Below are positions 39,536-54,682 of a stretch of 64,000 bases of DNA, one piece after another. The stretch is from Octopus sinensis (Eukaryota). The notes below the pieces were generated by a model. That model was given only the letters and a program-made list of their open reading frames with translations, ran no database searches and had not been told where the DNA came from. The position numbers were made by a program, and so were the translations under genes. The stretch spans positions 81,158,001 to 81,222,000 of the forward strand of contig NC_043000.1 of NCBI RefSeq assembly GCF_006345805.1, read 5' to 3'. The number at the start of each line of letters is the position of its first letter. Positions within the stretch are counted from its first letter, which is position 1.

Positions 39536-40109
39536 TCAGCATATATATGTATGCATATGTGTATGTTTGTATGCATATATGTGTATTTATATAAGCTTCT
39601 GTGTATGTGTCTTTGTCTATGAGTCTCTTCTTGTGAATATCTCTCTCAGAATCTGTCTTCTCTGTAAGTGCACTCCTTCAAGACAACACTTACTGCATTG
39701 ATAAAACTACAAGATATAACAGTCAAATCTATTTCAAATCACACCCTATTTAAAATATGAGGAAGAGCATGCAGCTCAATGTAGATGTGGTAATACATGG
39801 ATGGTGTGTAGGAAAAATTTGGGTGGCCAAGTTAGGGACAAATTTTATCACCTTAGATTGGTTCAGTAAAAAGTGATCTGGTACAACAACAAAAGCAATA
39901 ACAAGAGGACTGACTGCGAAGTCTACTTTCTCAATTATAAAATCCCTTATTTAGTATTCTATGATACATTTTAGAATTCAAGAGAAGTTTATTGTGATAG
40001 AGAGGGATGTTTTACTTAAAAGCAAAACAGTATGTGTTGCCATCTTTATCACCTCCCTCCTTGTTATCTTCTGACATGTTTTGTTATTTTATAACTCCTT
40101 CCGGTATAT

Positions 40110-40166
<57 letters not shown>

Positions 40167-40229
40167 TATGTATGTATGTACATGTATGTATATGTATGTA
40201 TATATATATATATTTATATATATATACAC

Positions 40230-40260
<31 letters not shown>

Positions 40261-40418
40261 TGTATAAACATATATATATATTATATATATATACACATAT
40301 GTATATATATATATATATATTATATATATATACACACACATATATATACATATCTATGTGCGTATATATATATATATATATATATAGACATACACACATA
40401 TGTATGTGTGTGTGTGTT

Positions 40419-40454
<36 letters not shown>

Positions 40455-40887
40455 TATGTATATATATATACATATGTATGTATATCTATATATACATATA
40501 TATATATATAATATTATTGGTGAATTGAAGAATTGAAGATAATTTCAATTATCCGCACCAACGCACGGTTGCGACACCATATGGTTGTACCTCCAACCGT
40601 GCTGTCTTCTGCTGTGATTTTTGCTACCAAGGTATCGGTTAAACTTTTGTTTAATCTGCTACAAGATTATTCATCTTTCTATTTCACATAATATATATAT
40701 ATATACATATACATGTGTATACTTATATATACATATATATATATATTTATGTGTGTGTGTGTGCATGTATGAATGAATGTAATACACATATTAGATTTAT
40801 GTAACATATGTGTGTATAGATGTATAAAATGTAAACACTCATACTATTTATGTATATATGTATGTATTTATATGTGTATATCTATAC

Positions 40888-40932
<45 letters not shown>

Positions 40933-40964
40933 ATATCTTATATATATATATTTACTTATATATT

Positions 40965-41013
<49 letters not shown>

Positions 41014-41095
41014 GTGTGTGTGTATGTATTTATACAAACGCATACATACTTACATACATATACATATATGTGTGTGTGCATATGTGTATATGTAT

Positions 41096-41140
<45 letters not shown>

Positions 41141-41195
41141 ACTGACGTATTTAAAGCTTTCTGGATATTGACCCTTTCATTGTCCAAATACTACC

Positions 41196-41231
<36 letters not shown>

Positions 41232-41374
41232 TCACCCACACATATACACACACTGGTGCAGATTGATATTTGTTGGTTCCACCTCTATCATCATCATCAG
41301 ATTTGTCTTAAACATTCACTATTTTAAAAGGACAAGGTACTTTTAGTATGAGGTCGATGTTAGTTTCAACTTAT

Positions 41375-41451
<77 letters not shown>

Positions 41452-41492
41452 ATATATACATACATATATATATATATATACATACATATATA

Positions 41493-41528
<36 letters not shown>

Positions 41529-41995
41529 TGTATGTATGTATGTATGTATGTATGTATTTATGTATGTATGTATGTATGTATTGGTAAATATACATATATG
41601 CATGTGTAAATATATATACATATAACATAACATTCACACATACAAATGTGAGTATGTCTGTGTATATGTACATGCATGTGTGTATGTGTGTGTGCATATA
41701 TATATTTGTATATGCATGTGTGTGTGTATATATATGTATATATATATGCATACATATATGCACATTCACACACATATAAACACACTCGCACACATTCATA
41801 GATATAGCCAAGCAGATACATGCATTTACACACCCATATACACATATGTTCATCTGTATTAAATATTCAACATCAGATGACAAAAGTTGTGTAAAGTTTC
41901 TGCCATTAGCTGACACTTCAGTTTGCTCTATCGCTGGAAATATATACATACATATTACATACCTACATATATATATTCATTTATATATATATATT

Positions 41996-42031
<36 letters not shown>

Positions 42032-42391
42032 CATTGTTTTTCCTGTCTTGTTTTGCTTACAACACACGAAGTCTGAACATATATCAAAGGATTTACCATT
42101 TTGATACTAAGCAGAAAAGGAGTGTTTCTTCACAGAATTCCTGCTGGTGTGTGTCTGGTGTAGTGTAGTGTTGTTGTAAAACTTGCCCTTTTACCATGTT
42201 TAGCTGGAAAAATGTAAACCATTTCATTGCGGACAGTTGGAAAAAACAGGTGATAACAGTACAACTTTCACAGTTTTGATTCATTATGTTACTGGTGGTG
42301 GTCATAACTGAAAGGGAAATAATACTTCAAATTGTTGCAAGTTTTTTACTACATCCATATCTGTCAATCTGTCTGCCTATCTGCCTGCTTG

Positions 42392-42438
<47 letters not shown>

Positions 42439-42614
42439 GTGTGTGTGTCTGTATATGTTTGTGTGTATGTGTATGTGTATGTATGTATTTGTGTGTGTGT
42501 GTGTATATAAATATATATATATATATACATACGCATGTGTATGTATATATATCTATACACATGTGTATGTTTATGTGTGTGTATCTATATGTACTTATTT
42601 TTCTTATACTTATC

Positions 42615-42751
42615 CTATCAGTCTCTTTTGCCAAACTGCTAAGTTATGGGAACACAAACATACCAAGACTGGGTGTCAAGCAGTGGTAGGGGGGACAAAC
42701 ACAAACACACAGACACAAAGACATACACACAGATATATTTAAATATATATG

Positions 42752-42799
<48 letters not shown>

Positions 42800-42975
42800 C
42801 ACACACACACATACACACACACACACACACAATGGGCTCCTCATAGCCTCCGTCAAATTAGTCCACTGACAAGACTGGTCAGCTTGAGGCACTTGCCCAA
42901 AGTACCACACAGTGGGACTGAACCCAGAACAATGTGGTCGGGAAGCAAGCATCTTACCACACAATCACACCTGTT
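42615..42975 (-). mobile_element. CORE-type SINE-B
   Basis: gcacttgcccaaagtaccacacagtgggactgaaccc plus the body gccaaactgctaagttatggg. Confidence 0.8.
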
Positions 42976-43001
42976 TGTGTTTATATATGTATGTGTATAA
43001 A

Positions 43002-43039
<38 letters not shown>

Positions 43040-43046
<7 letters not shown>

Positions 43047-43283
43047 GTATGTGTATATATGTATATGTAACTATACATATGATAATAAATATGCGTATAC
43101 CTATGTGTATATATAAATACAAACATGCACAAATCTATATATATATACACACACACATGTTTGTGTGTATATATGTATGTATATATATGTGTATGTATAT
43201 AAATATGCATGTACTTAAATATGTATATGTATACGTATATGCATATATACATATGTGCATGTGTGTGATCATGTATATATAAG

Positions 43284-43315
<32 letters not shown>

Positions 43316-43561
43316 ATATATGTATATGTATGTGTATATGTATATGTAACTATACATATGATAATAAATATGCGTATACCTATGTGTATATATAAATACA
43401 AACATGCACAAATCTATATATATATACACACACACATGTTTGTGTGTATATATGTATGTATATATATGTGTATGTATATAAATATGCATGTACTTAAATA
43501 TGTATATGTATACGTATATGCATATATACATATGTGCATGTGTGTGATCATGTATATATAA

Positions 43562-43600
<39 letters not shown>
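43040..43600. repeat. ~279-bp tandem duplication of TA/TG-rich sequence
   Basis: ataataaatatgcgtatacctatg at 43082 and 43361; units bounded by (TA)n. Confidence 0.85.
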
Positions 43601-43604
<4 letters not shown>

Positions 43605-44742
43605 CACACACACATTATATACACACTCGTGTCTGTGTACATACTTATATATCCATATACACTTACATATATGTAAATATGCATATGTATAAACATATGT
43701 GTATGTATATATATATATGTGTGTATGAGTGTCTGTGTATATACATATAGGTATACGTCAGTGTATGTCTGTATATATATTGTGTTTTTTATTTCTCTAA
43801 ATCAAATTAATTGGCATTTATTGAATTTTGTCCCTTATTTTTCTCTAATATTGTGATTATATGCTTTTTCTAGTTAAGTTGACCTTAAGTATTGTTTACA
43901 AAATCGAGTAAGAAGCAGTTGGGGTAATTTTTCTATGATATACTACTCACTTAGACTTTGTGGACCTTAAATTTTGTTCACAAAGTTTAGTAAAGTACCA
44001 GAAGGCTACATTTTTTAAAAAATAACTTTTGTAATTGCTTAAAGTCAATACGTACATCTTAAGTTTTGTTCACAAACCCTGAGAATTTATCATTTATTTC
44101 TGTAATTTACTGTATAATCAGATCAATAGGTAAACACTAAGTTTTGTTTATAAAACCCAGAATATTGTCTTTATTTAATATAGATTTTTATTTACTCAGG
44201 TAAATAGAACTTAATTTTTTTTATGAATCAGACAAAATTTCAAGAAAACTGTAATTTAACTTTCTTATAACTACCACGGGAAGGCTTTGAGTTTTGTTTG
44301 CAAAACATTAAAAAGTTAAGAGAATGCAGTCTACATTAATTTGACTATTTACTACAGTTAGTGGACAAACCTGTGTTTTGTTTACAAAACAATAGGAAGT
44401 TGGAAGGAGAGTAACATTTTATATATTTAAAGCTAGTCTATACACCATATGAGACCTACATCTGTAACTGTGTATATACAATATTTATTATTTATATCTT
44501 GAAAGTAAATTACAGTACTACATCAGTAGCTTGGAACACAGAGCTGTGTGATCATTAATTATTCTTTAAGGTAATTCTAAAGTTGTTGGTTCAGTCCCCA
44601 TTCCAAGCTACTGAAAGGAATGTTGATTTAATCACTTGGCCTACCTTCATGGCAATGCTAAAAAATATATTTATTAAACATAAAGATGTGTTTATGTATG
44701 TATCTATAACCTGTATATTGTATTGCTATTGATCTACTTGTC

Positions 44743-44774
<32 letters not shown>

Positions 44775-45869
44775 TGTATGTATGTATGTATGTATGTATG
44801 CATGGATGGATGGATGTATGGGTGCAACGATGTACCTGTGTGTGAATGCATACACACATGTGCATGTATATATTAGTGCAAGCATCCATATTCATACAGT
44901 TAAGGTGTTTACAGATCATAAAAAGTACTCAATGCATTTCTGGGCAGAGTATGCTATTTTATATCATAAAGTATCTTATGTAGTGTATGTGTGTATATAT
45001 ACACACATATATAAGACACTTTGTGTGTATGTGTGTGTGTGTGTGTGTGCGTAATATAGTGGCCTCTTAGTTTTGCATGGTAGATTGGTTCCCCCAATTA
45101 CAATGCAAATTGCAATTGTATAAAACAAAGTAGATACATTTTTAATAATATTTTTCATAAAATATATAAACCAATGAAATTAAAACTATTTATTAAAATG
45201 GAGATAATAGACATGATTATCATCTACCTCTGTTTGTGTATTGGATTTTATCTCCTATCCAAAATAATAGAGATTTTTCCATCATATTTATAATGTTACC
45301 ACATATGTATGTTTTGTCTTATATAATTATTGAAGTGATTATACACACCTCTGATTTTTCTTTCTTCCTAAATTCCTTTTACTTGTTCTAACAGTTACTT
45401 TGTTTGTAATTAGTTAGTACACAGTTATTGTTAAACCTTTTCCATTTTAAAATTGATGCACTAAATTTCATTTCTGAAGAAGTTGACTTTTGTAATATTT
45501 GGAACACTATTCATTCACAATTATTTTTTTTTTAAGTATAAAAGAATTTCCTAACTTAAGCATTGGCATAGAGCACTGATTCTCAACTGGGATCAATACA
45601 ATCCCTGAGGGTCCATATAAGATTTTGAGGGGTCCTTGCTAGCAAAATAGTAAATTATGGATCCACAGTAGTATTTTAAGGGTTCATGAAATAACGAAAA
45701 TGTAAAATTGAAATGGAAACAAGGTAGTGTTTATGCATGTGTGAAAATGGAATAAATTCACACCCAATCTATGCTGATGTAAAACTGAGCACTATGTAAA
45801 GCAAGAGACAATTTGTGTGTGTGTGTGTGTACAAACTTATAGTGTCACACTCAGAAATACATTCATATA

Positions 45870-46225
45870 TCATCATCATCATTTAGTGTCCACTTTCCAT
45901 GGTGGCATGGATTGGACAGTTTGACTTGAACTGTTAAGGCCATATCTGTTCTGACATGGTTCCTGCAACTGGATGCCCTTCCTAATGCCAGCCATTTTAC
46001 AGTGTGTGATGGGTGGGATTATGTGGCACAAGCACCAGTGCTTTTAACATGACACCAGCATGAGTGTTTTTGATGTGGTACCTGCACCAGTATCAATTCT
46101 GATGTGGTGGACGGGTATCTCGGTGCTAGATGTCTCAGTCCTTTGTTATCTCCTTTGTAAGGCTCAGTGTCTTGAGATCAGCCTTCAGTGCTTCATCCCT
46201 TGTCTTCCTAGGTCTCCTTCTTCCA
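45870..46225 (-). mobile_element. Short 5'-truncated RTE (ORF2 terminus plus tail)
   Basis: Minus GTCGRRRPRKTRDEALKADLKTLSLTKEITKD, followed by the ggatgcccttcc tail and (GAT)n. Confidence 0.75.
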
Positions 46226-46245
46226 CATGTTCCATATATGTGCAT

Positions 46246-46278
<33 letters not shown>

Positions 46279-48907
46279 AGGGCATATTCACACAAAAGGA
46301 TGCACATCTGTATCATCTTTATTTTATGTCCACTTGCCATGCTGGCATGAGTTGAACTGGTCATCATGATCTGAAACAGTTCTCATTTTCAGTTACTGCC
46401 ATGGAAAAGGAAGAGGAGTACACATTGCTCATATTATCATGCATTAGATAATGTGGTCTTAGATGCAATGTGCATAAGAATATGATGCGATGGTCATAAC
46501 TGGAATTTCTTTGATCATAAATTTACACAATCGGGGTTTTGTAGGGACTAAATAGCAACAGCCTGCAATGAGTGAGCCTCTATGCAGTTGCTTTGCTTTC
46601 TTGAAACAGTGACCAACTATTCCTCATCTCACATCCTAACATTCTTATGAAAGGAAAGTTACATTAGAAAATGCAATCCATGAAGTATTAAAAAATAAAA
46701 AAGACAGGATGGTCACTGCTGGAATAGATTTGATGATAAATCTGCTTAGTCACAGCTGACTGGCATTAACAAATAATATCACCATCAACACCAACATCTC
46801 TACTACTACCACCATCGTCACTACCAGCATCATCAGCAACTTCACAAGCACCATCACTGCTATTGCCACAGCTACTACCACCACCTCCATCAACAGCAGC
46901 ATCAATATAGTAAAGAAATTGGAAAAGAAGAGTAAATAAGGGTTTCCATATTTCTCTTCTAACATTCAGCTTAAAGAGAAAAGAGGGAAAAATCACAGGA
47001 AATAATGAAATTTGGCCCATTTCTTTCAATTCTTATTCAATTCTATAAACTGCAGCTCATTTTCTGCAATTGGCTCTGATTTCCAAATTGTAAAACTCCA
47101 TTTGAATTATCTACTGCTTATTGCATAAGATCAATCATTTACAGATGTATAAATATATAAGATGACTTCCTTTAACTCTGTAGAATCACTTCAATTCTTT
47201 ATATTCTTTTTGATTTCCTTTTCAAAATGTCTTCTCTCTAATTCTACTTATTTAATCAGCAACTACAAAATTATTTGAAGAAATCTGAAAAGGATTTGTT
47301 TGAAATTTAATCTATGATTTACTGTTGAACTAATGGGGTACGGGAATTATAATTAAAACAACAACAAATAGCTGAATGGAAATGAATAACAGACGTAAAA
47401 CTCAAATGTTGATGATGTTGGTGGTGTTGAGAGTGATGGTGGCTGCCAATTTTGATTTGATCTTCTGGGTTTATTTCCCTCTTCACTAAAAACAGCTCAC
47501 CCTATCATTAGAGATATTATATGTGTGTATGTGTAAATACAAATATATGTAGAAATACATATATGTTATTTGCATACTCACAGACTTACACACACATGTA
47601 TGTGTATGTATATATATATCATGCACTGACATATACATATGTATACATACTGTGTGTATGTGTGTGTGTGTGTATTCAAAATATTTCCAAGAAATATAAT
47701 TTAAAACATTACTAGTAAAATGTTACTTCCTCTGTTGGAATAGCACAAAAAAAAATGATTTCTATAGTTTGAAGAAATATCGACTGTCTCTTTCTGTCTT
47801 CTCGTCCGAGATATTTGAAAAGAGCTGGCTTTTCTCTAAAATTGGCTAATCTAATTTTATGGTTTCTTTTGCTGCTATTTACTCAATATTTACCAATATT
47901 TTTCCCTCTCTCTGGAACATTGAATTTTGTATCTGCAACAGAATTCTCAAAAACTGATGATAACTTCTGTTTTTTTTTGTTTTTATTTATTTTATATATG
48001 TATTTTTATTTTTACCCTTGTATCTGTTTGGGACTGGGTGTGTCTTATAGATTAATGGTTAATGTTAAAATCTAGAATCAAAGGCCAGCTTGTAGCTCAA
48101 TATCTGGAAGAAAAACGGTAGGATGAAAGTGTTAGTTAACAAAATGGAGGAAAGTTAGATAAACGATAGTTATTTCAGTATCTTTGTAATGTGATGTGTA
48201 GTATTTCTACAAACAGCTGCAAACATCCACAGTATTCTCTGTCTGTCTGCCTCTCTCTCACTCTATCTGTCTGTCTGTCTATGTCATCAATGAGTATCAA
48301 CAAGAATCTAATAGAAATCAAAGTTATATCTTGGATGCGTTACTTATTATTAAGGCTGTCAGAATGTAGTGTTGCACTAGAGTGGTATTGGAGTGGTACT
48401 GGAGTGGTTTAAGGATGGCAGTGAAGAGATAGTGAAAAATGAAGGTGTTAATAGAGGTTTGTACAATGATAATAAAATGGAAGTAGACTGGCAGTGGAGT
48501 TACAGTAGAATTGTGGTGGCAATATATTTTGACCATTTGTGTGGTATTTTATGGCAGTGCTGGTATGGGAGGTAAATTTGCAGTATAGTGGTAGAAGAAT
48601 ATGAGGAGCAGTGGAGTTGAGATGATGACAGTGGAGTGAGTTGGTGAAGTAAGCAGTAGAAAAATTTTTTTAATGATTAAGGCAGACGTGGTTGTGTGGT
48701 AAGGAATTTGAATCCCAAGAACATGATTCCAGGTTCAATTCCACTGCGTGGCACCTTGACCAAGTGTCTTCTACTATAGCCTTGGGCTAACCAAAGCCTT
48801 GTGAGTAGATTTAGTTGACAGAAACTGAAAGAAGCCCATTGTGTGTGTGTGTGTTTGTCCCCACCACTGCTTGATACCTGGTGTTGGTGTGTTTACACAG
48901 TCTACTG

Positions 48908-49360
48908 AAAGCACAAAGCCTGAAATTTTGGGGAGGGGACTAATCGATTATATTGACCACCGTGTTTCACTGGTGCTTAATTTATCAACCCTAAAAGGAT
49001 AAAAGGCAAAGTTGACCTCAGCGGAATTTGAACTCATAACATAAAGATAGGCGAAATATTAAGCATTTCATCTGGTATGCTAACGATTCTGCCAGCTTGC
49101 AGCCTTAATAATAATATTAATAATATTTATAGAAATAATAATGATGGTTTCAAATTTTGCCACAAGGGCAGCAGTTTTGGGGAAAGAGATTAGTCGATTT
49201 CATTGACCCCAGTGTTTCACTGGTACTTAATTTATTGACTCCAGAAGAATGTAAAGCAAAGTAAACCTCGGCAGAATATTTTAACTCGGATTGTAGCAAT
49301 AGATGAAATACTGTTAAGCATTTAATCCAGCATGCTAACAATTCTGCCAGCTCACCACTT
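48908..49360 (-). mobile_element. Two head-to-tail SINE-A copies (48908-49106, 49146-49360)
   Basis: Reverse-complement consensus, joined and followed by (AAT)n. Confidence 0.85.
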
Positions 49361-49362
49361 AA

Positions 49363-49417
<55 letters not shown>

Positions 49418-49635
49418 TAATTTCTTTTATTATATTTTATTTCTATTTAAATGCATAAATTTATAACTCATTTTTACATTGTTTCATGTAAAAGAGTTGG
49501 AGTGTGCCTTTGATTTTGTCCCCTAGCCAAAGTTGTTTAGGCATAACACTTGAATACTGTGTAAACTAGAATTCAATTATAACTTATTAATGATGATAAT
49601 AATAATAATAATGATTTTTGTTTTTTGTTTTGCAG

Positions 49636-49696
49636 AGGAACAAGCAGCTAATGGAAGGTGTGATAACACCATTAAGTTCCTTAAAGACTGAAAGAT
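49636..49696 (+). CDS. Candidate internal exon of an unidentified gene (RNKQLMEGVITPLSSLKTER)
   Basis: Strong acceptor tttttgttttttgttttgcag and consensus donor gtaagt, in unique sequence. Only one frame is open. Confidence 0.45.
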
Positions 49697-52600
49697 GTAA
49701 GTTAGAATACTTCATATATATTATTTGTACTTATGCAATGTGCAAGAAAGAACCACTGCAGGTTTGGCAGCTAGTAGCAACCATTTGAAGGATTGGTGAA
49801 CATTTAGTAGGAGTCCATTTTGGAGAGATACATTAACTTCTTTGACTTGATTTTTATTTCCAGTTATTATGAAATTTCTATTTCACTATATTTCAAAATA
49901 ATGGGAGATTTTCTAAGAAATTATAGTATATTGTTTAGCAGTTAATTACGTTAACATTTTTTAATTTGGCAATGGTATTATATTTTGTTTCTTCCTTATG
50001 CTCAGATGGGGTGGGTGGCAAAAAGCAAGTGCCATAAATGGTAGCTTCTACTTTCCTCACAGCACTTCTGCAAACCCTCTTACTGGCTAATTGTTGCATA
50101 TACAAACCAATGCTAGTTTATTAATCCTTTAACATTCATCAAATGTTTTTTTCTCCACATTGTTTTGTGTTGATCAGGTATTATCTTGTAGCCTTGAGAT
50201 TTTAATTATGTCACTGTATATTTTTTAGACTAACATTGAAGGGTAGGTGTGAAAGGCTGGATCAGGCCAGTTTGAATATAAAACAAGAAGAATATTTTGG
50301 CTGGATATCACCACTTCAAATGCTAAAGGGTTAACTGTTTAAATGTCCAAGAAGAGTTAATTCATTATGATTATAATTTTCTGAACTAATGAATTTTTTC
50401 TTTAGTGATGGAATATGTTAATATTTACATCTATACTAAGTTGTACACAGTTTGATCTTTGAGCATCACCAGGTGTCTCATCCATACATGTGAACATATT
50501 AATGGGTTGTACTTGTACTTGTCTTTATAGCCTTATGGATAAGAATGTTACTACCATTAGCTTTAGGTATGGTCATGCAAAGAGGGAAAATAAAACTCAA
50601 AATATAAGGATATATATATTTTTATCAATAATAAGCAAACCTAGTTTGATAAGTACCAACACACAAAATTCTAGGTCCTTGAGTCATTATGTAGCTTCTG
50701 TTAACTCTTGACCCTTGAGTAACTGTTGCTTCTGCTAAATATTAATAAAAATACACCATTAGTTTTATAAATACAGGGTCCTAATCTTTGACTCTAGCTG
50801 GTATATCCTGTCCAAGGAATAAGACACTTGAATTTTATTGTTGATTTAGTGTAGAATTTAGTGTAGATGTAAATAGTAAAATGTTTCATTTCTACAGCTG
50901 AGGTTAATAGAAAAGTAATTAAAATTAGAAATTGCACTTTAGATATTTTAAAAATTAAAAATATGTTGTTTTGAATAGGTAGTTTTAGGCCAATATCAAG
51001 TTAAACATGTGTATGACACATATATCTATAGTGGAGATTAGTAGTTAGAAAAATTATAATCATAGTTATTATTAGTAGTTTAGTTTAATTTTTTTGTCAT
51101 TTCAGCTGTGACACATGTGTTACAAGAGAACTGACATGATGATAAAGCAATCTTCACACCGTAATTAATAAATAATTAACAATGAAGTAATAAATACCAT
51201 CTAGATTTTACTGAATTTTATTATGGCTATATTTTATTTATTTTCAAAGCAGTGGGTCTTCTCATGCTCTTCTTTTTTTTCTTGAAATACATTAGAAATT
51301 GTTTTATTATTTAGTTATTTTTGTTGCCTCATTTGTGATCCAGATATCCTGGTACATAATATTTAACAATTACAATTATATCAACAACAGCAACAACAAA
51401 AATAATAAATAGAAAATTTAAATAAAAGACATATTATTGTCTTTGGTACTTTGTAATTGAGTACTTAGTTTGTATGTTTGAAGCTGTCTCTTTAAGCTGA
51501 TTTCTGAAATCTCCTTAGAAAACAATAAGAAAAGCATTGCTCTCTGGGTGGGTTTCTCTTTGCTTATGTAATACACATATTATCATGTCTTAATTTATTT
51601 ATATAGTACATTATCCAAAACATCCTTTCCAAACTTTTAAAGAAAAATCATAAAATTATTAAAAAGGAAAAGGAAGCAAAACTGAAATCATTTAACAGTA
51701 ATAACTTTTAAACATTTATAAGAAACATAGAAAGTTATTAAATAGTGAAATGGGAAAATTCTTTGATTTGTTCTCTTGCTATGTTCTTGTTGTTTGTTCC
51801 TTCTCAAGCCCTGCTTGGCTCATAAGGGCTGGTTTCCCAAGGTTCCCCACCTGGATGGGATGCTGGTCCATCGCATGTGAGCTGCTAGATGCAGGAGAAA
51901 GTTGTGGTGAAAGAGTGCAGAAGTTTACCATTACCTTCTGCTGGAGCCATATGGAGCTTAGATGTTTCACACATAAACACACACATCACCTGGTCGGAGA
52001 TTCAAACTTGTGATCCCTCAACCACAAATCCACTGCTCTAATCTCTAGGCCGTGTGCCTCTACATTCCATTGCTATACATGAACAATATTTCCTTCATTT
52101 CTTAAAAATTACAATTATTATAACAATATTGTCATCATGGGGAAGTGAATCTAAGTTTAAAGAGACAAAGACAGGAAATAGGAAGAAAATGTCTGCAGTG
52201 AATGACAGTTTTATCTGTGGAGTCTGAGCAAAGGTGTTGAAACTGAACAATAAAAGAAACATTTTATAAAAATTCATTAAAACAGATACTTAAATAACTA
52301 GATAAGTTTCAACCAGGATTGACCCAGGCCATAACTTACTTAACAGCATCACCTGAAGAAGACATTTAACGATGTTTCATATTTTAGCTTCTACTATCAT
52401 TTTATATTGATCTGAAGCATTCTTAGAGTTTTAGCGGTTTCTATACAGCTATATTTACTTTATGGTCATTACAGATGTCTGAAAACAGCAAATAATTTTC
52501 AAAATGACAGAGATCAAACTGATCGTAACAAAATGTAGATGTTAGGAAATGTGTAATAGAATATATCCTATTCTTTTTAATATATATACTCAGTTGTTGT

Positions 52601-53099
52601 TGGATATAAACCCCTGGTTGGCCCTGATCAACAGTATTTATGGTACATAGATAGTCAATTGAATGATTAGTGATGTTATACACAGATCTGGTGCTTCAAG
52701 TATGTTGTTTTTCTGCCTACAAGCATATCTCAGTATACATTCAACATTTTGTGGTTTATCATTTGGAGGGAATTGTTACAGTCTATCCTGAAAAGAAAAA
52801 AAAACATACACATACAATGATGTGCCTCAGTATATTTTTTATTCTTTTACTCTATTCCAACATTAGACTGTGGTCATGCTGGGGCATTGCCTTCAAGTCA
52901 ATTACATTGATCCCATTTCTTTATCTGATACTTTATTTTGTTGATCATGAAGACAATGTAAAGTTGACATTGGTATAAGGGGTGATAAGACAATCAGATA
53001 TATGATACCACAGGATATTTCTGTTCAAATGTACCTTTTTTTGCTAGTCCCACACTGATATAAATGTACACACACACACACACACATGCACACACACAC

Positions 53100-53201
<102 letters not shown>

Positions 53202-53661
53202 CATCATCATCATCATCACCATCGTCTTTGTTTAACATCCATCTTCACTGCATACATGGGTAGGATGGTTGACAGGGACCGGCCAGGTAGAAAAACTACC
53301 CTAGGCTACTGTGTCTATTTTGGCAGAGATTTTATGGCTGGATGCCCTTCCTTATACCAGCCACTCTACAAAGTGGACTCAGTACTTTTTACTTGGCACC
53401 AGTACAGGTGAGGTTAGTTTTGGCATGATTTTTACAGCTGGATGCCCTTCCAAATGCCAACCATGTGGACTGGATGCTTTTAACATGGCACCAGCACTGG
53501 CAGGGCAACTAAGTAACTTGCAAGATAAGGAATTATGAGAGGGGCAGGGTATTTGAGGAGGGGAACTTGTGTCAGAAGATGAAAGGGTAAAGTGTGACAA
53601 AGAGACAGAAGCAGGTGTCTTGCCTGAACAGAAGGGGCATTAGAGGAGGTAATCCAGAGAG

Positions 53662-53862
53662 AGAAGGGGGTACTGAAATGTTCTTGGCTTTAAGGGTCTC
53701 ATGAAAGACCTGGCTGGAGACCCAATCTTTTGGGTTCTTTTACAGACTACTGCAATAAGTGTATGAATCTGAGAGGAGAATATGTTGAATAAAATTATAA
53801 TTAACTGACCCTCCTGTAGTTTCTTTTACTCAAAGCCAAGAACTTTTCAGCACCCTCTTGTA
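53662..53862. mobile_element. Tc1/mariner-like MITE
   Basis: Left ggggtactgaaatgttcttggcttt and right aaagccaagaacttttcagcaccctcttgta form ~28-bp TIRs; the right end abuts (TA)n. Confidence 0.65.
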
Positions 53863-54649
53863 TATATATAAGGCAAAGAAGAAATGATTCCTCAACCCTG
53901 TTTACCTTAACTAAATTTTATTACTATTCTATTGCATAGTTTTTAGTTTCTAACTAATGACCCCTGTTATAAGGATCATCCCATTAACCCCACCCTATAA
54001 CGTCTATCTTTACTATCTCCCCCATCAAATTGAAATAAGATGTAATCTCACAACCTTTGGATATTACCTTGGACTTAACTTTTTTACTATTTAACTTTTT
54101 TAATTCTTACCATTATGGACTCTCTGATGAAGCTTTGGGGGTCAGTTTTTGTATAATTTTTGTGTTATGCGTCAACTTTAGCATGCTGGACCCCAAAAGT
54201 AGAAACAGCTGTAAGAGTACACTTGTATTCATTTATTTATTTCTATGATTGTAATTAATCAATAGATCTTGCTGATGTTTGTCAATTGAATCTCTTCTCC
54301 ATTTTCTTCCTTGCCTTATAAATTCTGGATAAACTTTTGTTGACCTCCAATTATACCTATTATTCAATTGTACTATTGCCTTACAACAGTAAGCATTTGG
54401 ATATAAATAGCTATACCTCCAGTGGTATATTGGATATTTATTATCCCTTAAATGGTTGCCTAATCTCTAACTCATATATATATATATATATAGTGGGTTG
54501 GGGTATGTTTCTATATTGCAAATTTTATTCTCAAGGAATTAGTCGATTCAAGGCTATTACAGAAACATGCTTGTTGAAGGTAATGTATTGAAGAGAAGGG
54601 GCATTAGAGGAGGTAATCCATTTAGTTACAAAGCAAAGACCTTACTCAC

Positions 54650-54682
54650 TTAGGCTGCACCTGCCCATAGAAGTGCTCATAA
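54650..54682 (-). CDS. Candidate 33-nt symmetric exon (YEHFYGQVQP)
   Basis: Minus-strand ataatttcag acceptor and gtgagt donor. Confidence 0.25.

Larger units (their letters stand above)
40105..43780. repeat. Extended TA/CA/TATG low-complexity domain with short unique islands
   Basis: Direct reading; source of most Y/I/C/V-rich ORFs in the track. Confidence 0.9.
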
